A stretch of DNA of 64,000 bases from Deltaproteobacteria bacterium (lineage in GTDB: Bacteria; Myxococcota; Kuafuiibacteriia; Kuafuiibacteriales; Kuafuiibacteriaceae), in NCBI GenBank assembly GCA_016713425.1, contig JADJPE010000005.1, positions 3,086,143 through 3,150,142 of the forward strand. The letters run 5' to 3'. The translations under genes were made by a program, and so were the position numbers. Below, in pieces: positions 31,237 through 40,851 of the stretch. A model generated the notes under the pieces. It ran no database searches, had not been told where the DNA came from, and saw nothing but the letters and a program-made list of their open reading frames with translations. Within the stretch, counting starts at the first letter, position 1. Each line of letters opens with the position of its first letter.

Positions 31237-32286
31237 CTACGGATTTGGCTGGCCGCCAGAATGCATCGGAAGCGTCACGCGAAAGTCACTGCTCCTCCCG
31301 TCGGCAGTCGTAACCTCTGGCACCGAAATTGAAGCAGAATCCCCCAGATCAACACTCGGGATTCCGAGCCGCCAATCTACGCCCTTGTTGCGCGGAAAAT
31401 TCGCGGAATGGCCGGAGCCACCCCATACGACATAGAGACCGCGATCAGAGGCTTCGGCCTCATGTGCCTGAATGACAGAGACCCAATGAGGATTGGCGGT
31501 TTCAAGTCGACTGGATCCCGTGTGGGCTGTGTCGATCCCAATAGGCCGAATTCCGGCTTTCTTGGCGGACTCGAGCATCGACACAACCCGTTCTGGCCAG
31601 CCCTCTGCCTTGTTCCAGCCGTTCATCTCCAGATGGGCGACTAGATCCTGTCGATTGTCACCCTGCTCCCAGAATCGATCCAGCATTGGCTGATGATCGG
31701 AATTGAACATCTCGACGTAGAGTCTCTTCACTCCGGAATCACGGAAAGAACTCATTGAGTTCGAAAGGAATTCGGGAATGGCAGACGATCCGTGTTCATC
31801 ACCCAGAAATACACCAGGATTCGTCTTTAGAATTTCGGATATCAACTCTCCAGGCTTCATGCTTGGGCGCAGCTCGGGGAGCACTTCTTCGCGCGTCGGG
31901 GGGACTGGCGCAGTCCAGGCATCCGATCCTCCTTCCGGCAGCATCCCCAGAAGTTGGGTCTGCAGCATGTCACTTGACCGTGCAAGCTCCTTCGCCCTCG
32001 CGCTGCTCCCCGACGCGCTTGCGGGGGATCGGCGCGCCGGTTCGCTGGCTAGGTCTGGTACATCCGCGCCGCCTGATAGCTTCCCGGGGAGTTCCTTGCC
32101 CGCAAGGCTCGCCAGACTCGCGGGCAAGCCATATTGCGGGGCGCCACTGATTGGGCCGCTGTGTTCTTGCGTTGAGGCGACGTCGAGGGAACGCCCGCGT
32201 CGTTCTGGCTGTTGGGCCACATCGAGTGTATGGGCGGGCGCGATCTGTCGGCTTGACCATCGCGGCGCCTCGAGCAAGTAGGCCAT
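31237..32286 (-). CDS. Hypothetical protein with a possible ChaN/Tiki-superfamily-like domain and low-complexity N-terminus
   Basis: ...VFLGDEHG...RLYVEMFNSDHQPMLD... recalled as GExH/EMF-type motifs; weak assignment. Confidence 0.3.
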   Translation of the reverse strand: MAYLLEAPRWSSRQIAPAHTLDVAQQPERRGRSLDVASTQEHSGPISGAPQYGLPASLASLAGKELPGKLSGGADVPDLASEPARRSPASASGSSARAKELARSSDMLQTQLLGMLPEGGSDAWTAPVPPTREEVLPELRPSMKPGELISEILKTNPGVFLGDEHGSSAIPEFLSNSMSSFRDSGVKRLYVEMFNSDHQPMLDRFWEQGDNRQDLVAHLEMNGWNKAEGWPERVVSMLESAKKAGIRPIGIDTAHTGSSRLETANPHWVSVIQAHEAEASDRGLYVVWGGSGHSANFPRNKGVDWRLGIPSVDLGDSASISVPEVTTADGRSSDFRVTLPMHSGGQPNP

Positions 32287-32552
32287 TGTTGTCGCTTGTC
32301 ACCAGCAAGCGCTGTGCCGACTCCGCCGCAACCGAGTTTGGGTCTTTGGATGGAGGATCTGTCCTCAGTGACCTGCGAAGTGTCTAGGACTCCAGACGTA
32401 CCCGCTGCACAGCAGGCGCCTGAGTCGCTCGCTGCCAGTTCGCGAACTCGACCATCATCGCCGCCAACAACCCGCCCCGACGTAACCGTTCACGCCCTTC
32501 GGTCGTCCGATAGGGGATCGACGGATCGAGTCGAATGTGATCTAAGCTCCTT

Positions 32553-34010
32553 GTGGGGGACGGACCATCGATCGTGAGCGTGGAGGCCCTCGAGGAGCGA
32601 CTCCACGTGCTCGAGACGGCTCTTGTGGCACGTGACGCACAGGTCGCGGAGCGCGACGCTCGAATCGATGCTTTGAAGACGCTCGTGGCGGAGCTGACAG
32701 AGAAGCTGAATCAGAACTCTCGGAACTCGCATCTGCCTCCGTCGAGCGATGGCCCCGGGGCAGGCGGTCGACTCGGAACCCCGAGGAGTGGCAAGAGCAA
32801 GTCCAAGAAGAAGCGCGGGGGTCAGAAGGGGCATCGGGGTGCGCATCGCCTGCTGGCAGCGCCTGATGCTGTTGATTCGATCGTGGACCTGTTCCCCGAC
32901 GCATGCGGCGGCTGCGCAGCAGCTCTGCCGAGAACGCTCGACCCCGAGGCATACCGCTATCAGCAGGTTGACCTGCAAGACCACCAGCCGCACGTGACCG
33001 AGTGGCGACGACACGAGGTCCTTTGTTCGCGATGCGGCAGCTCGACCCGCGCCGCGTATGATTCGAGCGTGATCCCTTGCTCAGCGTTCGGCCCGCGCCT
33101 CGTGGCGGTGGTGGTCCTGCTGACGGGTGACTACCATCTCAGTCGTCGCAAGGCGCAACGGATGTTGCGGGAGCTCTTTGGGATCCGCATGTCACTCGGT
33201 GCCGTGAGCACGATGGAGGGACGCGCGACCGAGGCTCTGGCCCCTGCGTACGACGAAGCCAAAGCGGAGGTCGAGCAGGCGCTCGTGAAGCACGCCGACG
33301 CGACGAGCTGGCTGCGCTCGGGGCGCTTGCGGTCGTTGTGGACAATCGCCACGCGCACGGCGACGTTCTACAGGATCTTCGCGGACGGCAGCAGCGAGAC
33401 AATCCGCCCTATGTTTGGGGCCTGTCTCGGCATCTTGGTGAGCGATCGCGCGACGGTCTTTGGCTTCTGGGCGATGAAGAAGCGGCAGATCTGCTTCGCT
33501 CACTTGCTCCGCAAGTTCATCGGCTTCTCCGAACGCGACGGTCCTGCGGGTCGCTTCGGCCGCGAACTCCTCGAATATACCGCGCTCATCTTCGACGATT
33601 GGCACGGTTTCAAGGAAGGTCTCTTGACGCGCGAAGAGCTTGCACTCTGGCTCGCGCCGGTGCGTCGTCACTTTGAGCGGAGCCTCACGAGTGCCTCGAA
33701 ATCTGATATCCGCGCGCTGTCTGGCAGCGCGAAGGATGTTCTTGCGCACAAAGAAGCGCTGTGGACCTTCGTCACCGAGGACGGCGTGGAGCCTACGAAC
33801 AACCACGCCGAGCGCGAGCTTCGAGCCTTCGTGCTGTGGCGCAAGCAGAGTTTCGGTTCGCAGAGTGAACGGGGCGATCGCTATGCGGAGCGCATCATGA
33901 CCGTGGCCCGGACGGCGCGAAAGCAGGGACAGGCGGTGCTCGAGTTCGTGGTGCGAAGCATTGAGGCTCATCTGAACGGAGCCGCGGCGCCTCGACTCAT
34001 CGGAGCCTGA
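32553..34010 (+). CDS. IS66-family transposase (TnpC-type), apparently intact
   Basis: N-terminal coiled coil, NSRNSHLPPSSDGPG and KKRGGQKGHRG motifs, CxxC pairs, DDE core; no tnpA/tnpB found upstream. Confidence 0.8.
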   Translation: MGDGPSIVSVEALEERLHVLETALVARDAQVAERDARIDALKTLVAELTEKLNQNSRNSHLPPSSDGPGAGGRLGTPRSGKSKSKKKRGGQKGHRGAHRLLAAPDAVDSIVDLFPDACGGCAAALPRTLDPEAYRYQQVDLQDHQPHVTEWRRHEVLCSRCGSSTRAAYDSSVIPCSAFGPRLVAVVVLLTGDYHLSRRKAQRMLRELFGIRMSLGAVSTMEGRATEALAPAYDEAKAEVEQALVKHADATSWLRSGRLRSLWTIATRTATFYRIFADGSSETIRPMFGACLGILVSDRATVFGFWAMKKRQICFAHLLRKFIGFSERDGPAGRFGRELLEYTALIFDDWHGFKEGLLTREELALWLAPVRRHFERSLTSASKSDIRALSGSAKDVLAHKEALWTFVTEDGVEPTNNHAERELRAFVLWRKQSFGSQSERGDRYAERIMTVARTARKQGQAVLEFVVRSIEAHLNGAAAPRLIGA

Positions 34011-34081
34011 TCAGCTCTCCCCACTCTTCGAACGACGTCCTGCCGCCGGAAAGTACCGCGTCTGGCTGCGTTGACCGACGC

Positions 34082-34891
34082 TTCATGCTCAGGTTCGTGT
34101 TGCCCAAGGCGATCGACGAGGACGAGAAAGGCTCTGCCTATATGCGGCCCGTCCGCCTTTCGCCGAAGGTCAACTTCGCATGACCGATGATGGCCGAGTT
34201 CGGCTGACGCTTCGTCGTCCAGCGAAGAACGGCCAGGGTGCGATCGTTCTATCACCGGTTCAGTTTCTGAGGCGCCTCGCGTGGCTCGTTCCTCCCCCGG
34301 CGCAGCATCAGGTTCGCTATGCGGGAGTTCTGGCCTCGGCCTCGAAAGTGCGGCGCGCGATTGTCCCAAGGCCCGCACCGGTTCTTCAGCTCGCCTTCCC
34401 GATCGAGAACATGAGGCCTCGGGTTCAGAAACATCGCATGTCGTGGGCCAAACTGTTGGCCCGCGTCTATTCGATTGATGGAGAGCGCTGCTTGAGCTGT
34501 GGCGGCCCACTTAGGCCGATCGGTGCGGTGACTGAATCGAGTCACGTCGCGCAGACTCTCGGTCGGATGCGACGGCAGCGATGCGCTCGAGATCCCCTCA
34601 GCTCGCCCTCGATCTCTGATCGACTCTACAAACCAACCCAAGGTCCCACGCTCCGGGCCTCGGCGCTTCTTGTCCGCGCGGTCGCACTGCTCGTCCGCTG
34701 GGGGAGAGGTACGTCTGAACGCTGCGCGCAGGCTACGGAACTCAACGGCAGTCCCGTCTTGTGGCGTTCCAAACCGGCCAGACTGCGCGCAACATGTGAC
34801 TCGTCGCACACCTGCGTCGGTTCTCCGACTGCTCCGGGCATGGTATCGACGACGCATAGTGAGTCGAAGCCGATTGATTGCCCTATCGGCC
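34082..34891 (+). mobile_element. IS91-like 3' fragment, copy F
   Basis: Homology from ttcatgctcagg; ORF 34180..; terminus at 34891, followed by tccacg as at copy A. Confidence 0.6.
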
Positions 34892-35647
34892 TCCACGCCG
34901 ACCGCGCCGTCCTTGCGCGTCCTCCGATACGCTTCGCGCAGGAGGTCCACATCGATGAGGTGGGCGAGCGTCGTCATCACCATCTGCGGCGCTTGCCTCG
35001 CCAGTTTCGCTGTCCGCTCGAGTTTCGTTGTGACGCTGATTGGACTCGATGTTCCTGGCATCTTTCCTCCGAGCGGTCCCGTGACCCGGCGCCTCTTTCC
35101 CTCAGCCGGGTCCCCTGGGGAGAGTTCCCCGGCTTCCTCGGTACAGTGAGGCGCTCCGACTCCCGACCATCCCTCCCGCCGCGCTTCGTTTCCTTCGCTT
35201 GGCGGTACCTGCGTTGTGCTCGTCATTTGCTCCCGCGGGCCCGAGCACTGGCGCCCCGCGAGCCTGGACCCCTTGTTCCGACGGTCCGAGCCGGGTCGAA
35301 ACAGGAGACGGTCGGGCCTCCCAGGTTCCTGGGGATCCCATTTCCATGCGTATGCCGTGCTCTCAGACCCCGGCGGGACCTCGGCGCCTCGCCCAAACGG
35401 CGCTCCGGTGTCGCCGCCGTGCCAAACAACGCCGACGGCTCCCGCGACCCATAGATTTCGAGGCTCAATCACACAGCCTTCGCACTCCCTGTGTACGCTT
35501 CGCAGCCGAGGTCGCCCTCCGGCCACGCAACACTCGGTTCCGGTGGGTGGCTAGCCCTTGCCGGGCGGGGCTCCTCCCCGCTGGGGTCCGACGAGAAGTT
35601 TCAGCCTGTCATCTGCATCCCCTTCTCCCAGGCTTCGCCTGGCGCAC
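34892..35647 (-). mobile_element. Putative group II intron 5' segment, truncated within the start of its reverse-transcriptase ORF
   Basis: Minus strand begins GTGCGCC (GUGYG-like) at 35647; ~670 nt downstream an ORF starts ...LIDVDLLREAYRRTRKDGAVGV (RT domain-0-like), cut by copy F at 34891. Confidence 0.45.
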
Positions 35648-35665
35648 TGATTGCCCTATCGGCCT
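35648..35665 (+). repeat. Isolated terminal 18 bp of the IS91-like 3' end, abutting the putative intron 5' end
   Basis: ctgattgccctatcggcc; the same juxtaposition occurs inverted at 54023..54040. Confidence 0.5.
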
Positions 35666-36140
35666 CCCACCCTTCGAACCGCTCAGCTCCCTCGATCGCG
35701 CCGATGAAGTCGCTCTGGTCCTGGCCCCAGCCCGCGGCCTCGATCCATCTCGCAAGAAAGGCGCCCACCGCCTCCCCCGCCATCGGCTTCAGCTCTGCCT
35801 GCCGCTCTACGAGGAATCGCGACTGCGCCTCAGTGAGAGCAGCAGTCAGCGCCACGCGGGGCACACGGTGGAAGTCGACGTGCTGGCCCATGGCTGCGTC
35901 GAGAGTCCTACCGCCCGGGGCCTGCAATTGCAGCAGCCGAATGTCGTACGGCTTTGAAATGCTTCACTTATGCTGCCTCAAGGTCCACGAGAATGTCTGG
36001 AAACGTCTCGGACAACGCGGCCCAGCCCCGGTGCCCATTCGCATGAGCCCCACGTGGGGACGTTCGCGTTCGTGGTGCGAAGAAGACAGCAGCCCCCCTG
36101 ACTCCCCGACTAACGGAGCACGGTAGTCGTTGACCGGCAC

Positions 36141-36680
36141 GTGCCACTCGGTGATGAGCGAGCAATGGGCTCTCGGCCGGGTCATGCAGGACCGCTCTCC
36201 ACCGAGACGCTCGCCCGGGTTCTCGAACAGCACGCCCTTTTCCTGCGCGGCGAGGGCGGCAGCCGAGCACAGCTCGGCGGGCGCGACCTTTCGGGTGTCG
36301 CGCTTCCAGGCGCCTGGCTTCAGAACGCGAATCTGAGCCTGGCTGACCTCAGGCGCGCGAACCTGGCGAAGGCCGACCTTCGCGGGGCGAACCTGGAGAA
36401 CGCCGCGCTCGACGAAGCCAACCTGGAGGCAGCGGACCTGTCGGCCGCTCGCCTCTCGGACGCGACGCTCCGCCGCGCGAACCTCGCTTGCGCGAGGCTG
36501 CGTGAAGCGAACATGGGCTGGGCCGACCTCTCCGACGCCGATCTCACCAGCGCTGACCTGTCGGACGCAAACGTCGGTGAGGCGATCTTGGTGGGAGCCG
36601 ATCGCACCGGCGCAAACTTCACCGGCACCAACCTCGAAGACGCCCATACGCGGCCGGTCGCGGGCCGGGACCAATGCTGA
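36141..36680 (+). CDS. Pentapeptide-repeat protein
   Basis: Many consecutive A(D/N)LxxA(N/D)L pentapeptides. Confidence 0.7.
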   Translation: MPLGDERAMGSRPGHAGPLSTETLARVLEQHALFLRGEGGSRAQLGGRDLSGVALPGAWLQNANLSLADLRRANLAKADLRGANLENAALDEANLEAADLSAARLSDATLRRANLACARLREANMGWADLSDADLTSADLSDANVGEAILVGADRTGANFTGTNLEDAHTRPVAGRDQC

Positions 36681-36984
36681 TTTGCTCATCGAACCGCCGA
36701 GAAAGGCGGCGGCAATGACTCCGGTGCGCCTAGAGTACCTGGCCTCCACCGCGATCGCGCGATCATCCGGGGTGCAAGCTCCTTCTAGCCGCCTCCAAAT
36801 GGAGGATGATTTCTGGAAGCACTTCGCCGACTACGCAGAGCCCCACGTGGGTGCCCATTGCGAAAGACCCGTGGGAACGAATTTTTCCAGACTTCAACCG
36901 CCGTTGGCGTTGGCTGAAGTCATCGCTTACCGCAGCAGAGCCTCATGCGGGAACGCGAAGGCGCGTTCCTCTTGCCCGGGCACT

Positions 36985-37449
36985 TCAGCGTTGCAGCCGA
37001 CCTTCCGCTCGACTTGTAGCCCACGCCACGAGCGTCGTGTTGAAATGCCGCCAGATCGTCGCCATAGCTGATGGACAGTAGCGTCCATAGTAGGCCATCC
37101 ATCCGCGTAACTTCGGATTGAACAGTCTCGCAATGTCCGAGAGGTCAAGGTCAGTCCTGCGACGAAACCCGCGAATCTCTGCCCGCATCGTCTTCAATGC
37201 GGAATTCGACACCGCTGGTGTGAAGCCCACAAACAAGACACCTCGTGTGCGGTTCTTCACTGATCGAGGCCTAAAGGAGTAACCGAGGAAATCGAAGCTC
37301 GTGTTGGAATATCGACCTTTGCATCGTTCGTCCCTGCAGTACACGATTTTCGTTTTCTCGGGGTGCAACTCGAGTCCGCATTCTTTGAACCGCTCGCCTA
37401 ACGCGACCTTGATCGCGTGCGCGTCTTCCTCTGTCCGGCAGTGCACCAA
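36985..37449 (-). pseudogene. Group II intron reverse transcriptase/maturase, C-terminal fragment
   Basis: FDFLGYSFR and LNPKLRGWMAYYG (maturase X-domain RGWxxYY); N-terminal part removed at the IS66 left end (37462). Confidence 0.6.
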
Positions 37450-37530
37450 CCCATCGTCGGCGTGAGCGTCCGGTCAGGCGCCGAGAAAGGTCGGGACCGC
37501 CGATCGGGAGACGGGCGATGATTCCGGTCC

Positions 37531-37908
37531 ATGACTTCGAAGAATCAAAAGACGACGGGGACAGCTGCTCATGGCCGTTGGTCGGAAGCAGAAGCACGCT
37601 CGATGCTGGTGGCGCTCGAACGAAGTGGCCAGTCGGTGGTCGCATTCGCGCGGTCGCAAGGTGTGAGTGCGCAGCGGATCTACTGGTGGCGACAACGGCT
37701 CGGACCGTCAGGCCGGACAGCGGTCCCGGATGATGTCGGCCTGGTTCCGGTTCGCATCCGATGCGAGGATGCTCGGGGCCTCGACCCAGTGGAACTCGGC
37801 GCGCCCGTCATCGTGGTCCGGTCGGTCGGCGGCGTGGTCATCGAGGTGCCGCGCGCCGTGTCGCCAGGTTGGATCGCGGCGCTCACGCGCGACATCGAGG
37901 ACCGCTAA
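37531..37908 (+). CDS. IS66 TnpA (orf1-type accessory protein)
   Basis: 125 aa; WSEAEARSMLVALERSGQSVVAFARSQGVSAQRIYWWRQRL. Confidence 0.75.
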   Translation: MTSKNQKTTGTAAHGRWSEAEARSMLVALERSGQSVVAFARSQGVSAQRIYWWRQRLGPSGRTAVPDDVGLVPVRIRCEDARGLDPVELGAPVIVVRSVGGVVIEVPRAVSPGWIAALTRDIEDR

Positions 37909-37910
37909 CG

Positions 37911-38312
37911 ATGTTGTTGGTACCTCGGTCGACGAAGATCTACATGGGCCGGTCGCCGGTCAACATGGGCAAGTCCTTCGATGGACTGAGCAATGAGGTG
38001 CGAGCGGTGCTTCGGAAGGACCCGCTGAGCGGACACATCTTCATCTTCTTCAACCGAAGACGGACGATGGCCAAGATGATCGTTTGGACGCGAGGAGGCT
38101 ACACGATCGTTGCGAAGCGGCTCGAGCGAGGCACGTTCGCGATCCCGGAGGCTACGGACGCGGCGTGTGTCGAGCTGGACATCCACGAACTCGTCCTTCT
38201 CCTCGAAGGCATCGGGTGGGATCGAGGTCGACAGTCGCCGCGGTGGGAGCCTTCTCAGCACCGTCGACACGATGCAGAATTATCGCAATCTGCGTTGCGC
38301 ATGTCGGTCTAA
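37911..38312 (+). CDS. IS66 TnpB (orf2-type)
   Basis: ATG 3 nt after the tnpA stop; MGKSFDGLSNEVRAVLRKDPLSGHIFIFFNRRR...IVWTRGGYTIVAKRLERGTF. Confidence 0.8.
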   Translation: MLLVPRSTKIYMGRSPVNMGKSFDGLSNEVRAVLRKDPLSGHIFIFFNRRRTMAKMIVWTRGGYTIVAKRLERGTFAIPEATDAACVELDIHELVLLLEGIGWDRGRQSPRWEPSQHRRHDAELSQSALRMSV

Positions 38313-38349
38313 TGTGATCCAAGTTCTTTATCCCTTCCGTCGTCTCGCC

Positions 38350-39966
38350 AGCCTCTGAACCCACAGTTCTCGAGCTCCTCCGTTCGCTTCTCGACTCCGG
38401 TGCGAAGGAGGATGTGGTCGATTTGTTCGCCCAGCTCGTGGCGCGGAACGAAGCTCTGGAGCTTGCGCTCGCGAAGAAGCTCCGAGCGTTCAAGACGACG
38501 GAGAAGGTCTCCCCAACCAGCTGAAGCTTCTGCTCGAGACCGTATCCAGCAACGCCCTCTCCGAGACGCCGGCCAACGCGGAGGGCGAGTCCGAGGCAGA
38601 GGATACGACGGCAGGCGAGACGGCGGCGGAACAGCTCGGCAAGATGGTCGAGAACGAGCGCAATCGGCGGGCGACCGAGCAGACGCAGCCGCCACCGGCA
38701 CGGCCTCGCCGGACGCCATTTCCTCCGAACCTACCGCGCGAAGACAACCCCATCTCAGTGCCTGACGCTGAACGGCCATGTCCGAAGTGCGGGCTCGAGC
38801 GGCGATGTGCAGGCCACGACGTGAGCGAGGTCCTCGAGCTCGTGCCCGCGCGTGTGATCGTGCGCCGGGACCTCCGGGAGAAGCTCGCCTGTGACGCCTG
38901 CGATGCGCCGAACTTCAGCCGCGCGCCGGTCGGTGATCGCGTCGTCCAGGGGGGCCAGTACGGACCCCGTCTCGTCGCTCAACTGCTCGTCGACAAGTAC
39001 CGAGACGGCCTCCCTCTCCACCGCCAGCGGGAACGATATCGACGGATGAGTGTCGACCTCTCGGTCTCGACGCTGGCGGACCAGGTTGCGTACGGCGCCG
39101 AGCTCCTGCAGCCGCTCTGGCGCGCAGCCCAGATCGCGGCACTCAAAGCGAATGTCCTGCATCTCGACGGCACGTCCCTCGCGTTCTTCACTGGCGAGGG
39201 CAAGGATGCGAAGCGTCACAAGAAGCTGGGCGCGCTGTGGGGCTTCGTCGTTGACCAGGACGTTGCGCTCTATCTGTTCGCGCCCTCCGGGCACGCGACA
39301 TTCGCGGACGGGCATACCATCGGACCCGCCGACTTCCTACGCTTGCGCTCCGGCTACACGGTCGCCGATGCCGCAACTGTCTTCGATCAGGCGTTCGCGC
39401 GCGAAGACATCATCGAGTGCGGGTGCAACATGCACGCGCGTCGCTACTTCGTGAAGGCCCTCGACGGCGGAGAGGCACGCGCCGCGATCGCGATCGATGC
39501 CTACCAGGCGCTGTACGGAATCGAGAAGGAAGCGAGAGACCTCGAGCCAAGAGAACGCCTTCGACTTCGGCGTGAACGCAGCGCGCCGATCTTCAACAAG
39601 CTTCTCGAGTGGGTCGAGTCCATCAAAGACGACGAGCCTCCTTCACTGCGCTTCGGTCGAGCGCTCAACTATTTCTCGAACCAGCAAGTGCCGCTGAGTC
39701 AGTTCCTCACGGATGGCCGCGTCCCCATCGATAACGGCGTTGTTGAGCGTCTGCACGTGCGCGCCGCGCTGACGCGGAAAAACTTCCTCTTCGCCGGATC
39801 AGAGCGCGGCGCTCAGAGCGCCGCCATCATCTTCTCGCTCTTGGGCTCGTGCGCGCTCTGCGGCATCGACCCCGTCGAGTATCTCGCCACCGTCATGCCC
39901 ATTCTCGCGCGAGGCGTCATCGAGAAGGACGTCATCGACCTCCTGCCCCGCAATCTTCCACTCTGA
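38350..39966 (+). pseudogene. IS66 TnpC transposase with a frameshift near 38515
   Basis: N-terminal coiled-coil frame stops at ...KVSPTS*; the next frame continues through CPKCG, LPLHRQ, DDE core and RKNFLFAGSERGA (ORF 38644..39966). Confidence 0.7.
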
Positions 39967-40050
39967 CTGAGCGTCGCGAACTCCCGGGCCGCCAGGCTCA
40001 GGGGACGAATCTTGTCCGGCCTCGAGGAAGAATCCGGCGGTCGCCCGGAC

Positions 40051-40156
40051 ACTCACTCCCCGTCGTCTTTTGATTCTTCGAAGTCACGGACCGGAATCAT
40101 CGTCCGTCTCCCGATCGGTGGTCCCGACCTTTCTCGGCGCCCGACCGGACGCTCAC
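40051..40156 (-). repeat. Inverted ~100-bp copy of the IS66 left end abutting the right end of the full element
   Basis: Reverse complement of 40051..40156 matches the left end at 37462..37561, including the first ~30 bp of tnpA. Confidence 0.6.
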
Positions 40157-40326
40157 CTGCGCGCAGGCTACGGAACTCAACGGCAGTCCCGTCTTGTGGC
40201 GTTCCAAACCGGCCAGACTGCGCGCAACATGTGACTCGTCGCACACCTGCGTCGGTTCTCCGACTGCTCCGGGCATGGTATCGACGACGCATAGTGAGTC
40301 GAAGCCGATTGATTGCCCTATCGGCC
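40157..40326 (+). mobile_element. IS91-like 3'-terminal 170-bp fragment, copy G
   Basis: Begins ctgcgcgcaggctacggaactcaacgg, ends ...gattgattgccctatcggcc at 40326. Confidence 0.6.
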
Positions 40327-40825
40327 GCCGATGAAGAACGAGAACGCGCTTCAAGGAAGCTTCTTCGTCGAAGACCTCACCGATCGAGTCGAAGCGGCTG
40401 TTCTCGATGAGTTCGATCGACTCGCAGAGCGCGGCGGCGTCCTCGGCGCGATGGAAACGCAATACCAGCGAGGCAAGATCCAAGACGAGTCGCTCACGTA
40501 CGAGAAGATGAAACATGATGGAAGCCTTCCAATCGTGGGCGTAAACACCTTCCAGAATGACGCCACGGACTACGAAACAGGGGCGAACAACGCCGAGCTC
40601 CGGCGCGCGTCGAAAGACGAGAAGAACGGGTGCATCGAGGCGCTTCGCGCCTTCCAAACCGCCCACCGGGAGGAGGTTCAAGGCGCGCTTCTTCGGCTAA
40701 AGGCCACCGCAGAACGCGGTGAGAACGTCTTTCGGGAACTCATGGAGACAGCCCAAGTGGCAAGCCTCGGCCAGATGACCAACGCGCTCTATGAGGTGGG
40801 CGGCCGATACCGCCGGAACGCTTGA
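40327..40825 (+). pseudogene. 5'-truncated fragment of a methylmalonyl-CoA-mutase-family gene
   Basis: ...GVLGAMETQYQRGKIQDESLTYEKMKHDGSLPIVGVNTFQ... recalled as the mutase catalytic-domain C-terminal region; begins at the IS terminus. Confidence 0.4.
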
Positions 40826-40851
40826 GGTGACCCTGCCGTAGCGCAAGGATC

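Larger units (their letters stand above)
37462..40050 (+). mobile_element. IS66-family insertion sequence (tnpA-tnpB-tnpC)
   Basis: Left terminus GTGAGCGTCCGG at 37462; three co-oriented genes; right terminus motif ...ggacactcac at ~40050. Confidence 0.7.

Noticed and set aside
36704-36722. Hairpin ccgccgagaaaggcggcgg downstream of the pentapeptide-repeat gene as an intrinsic terminator
   Set aside because: No U-rich tract follows on either strand.
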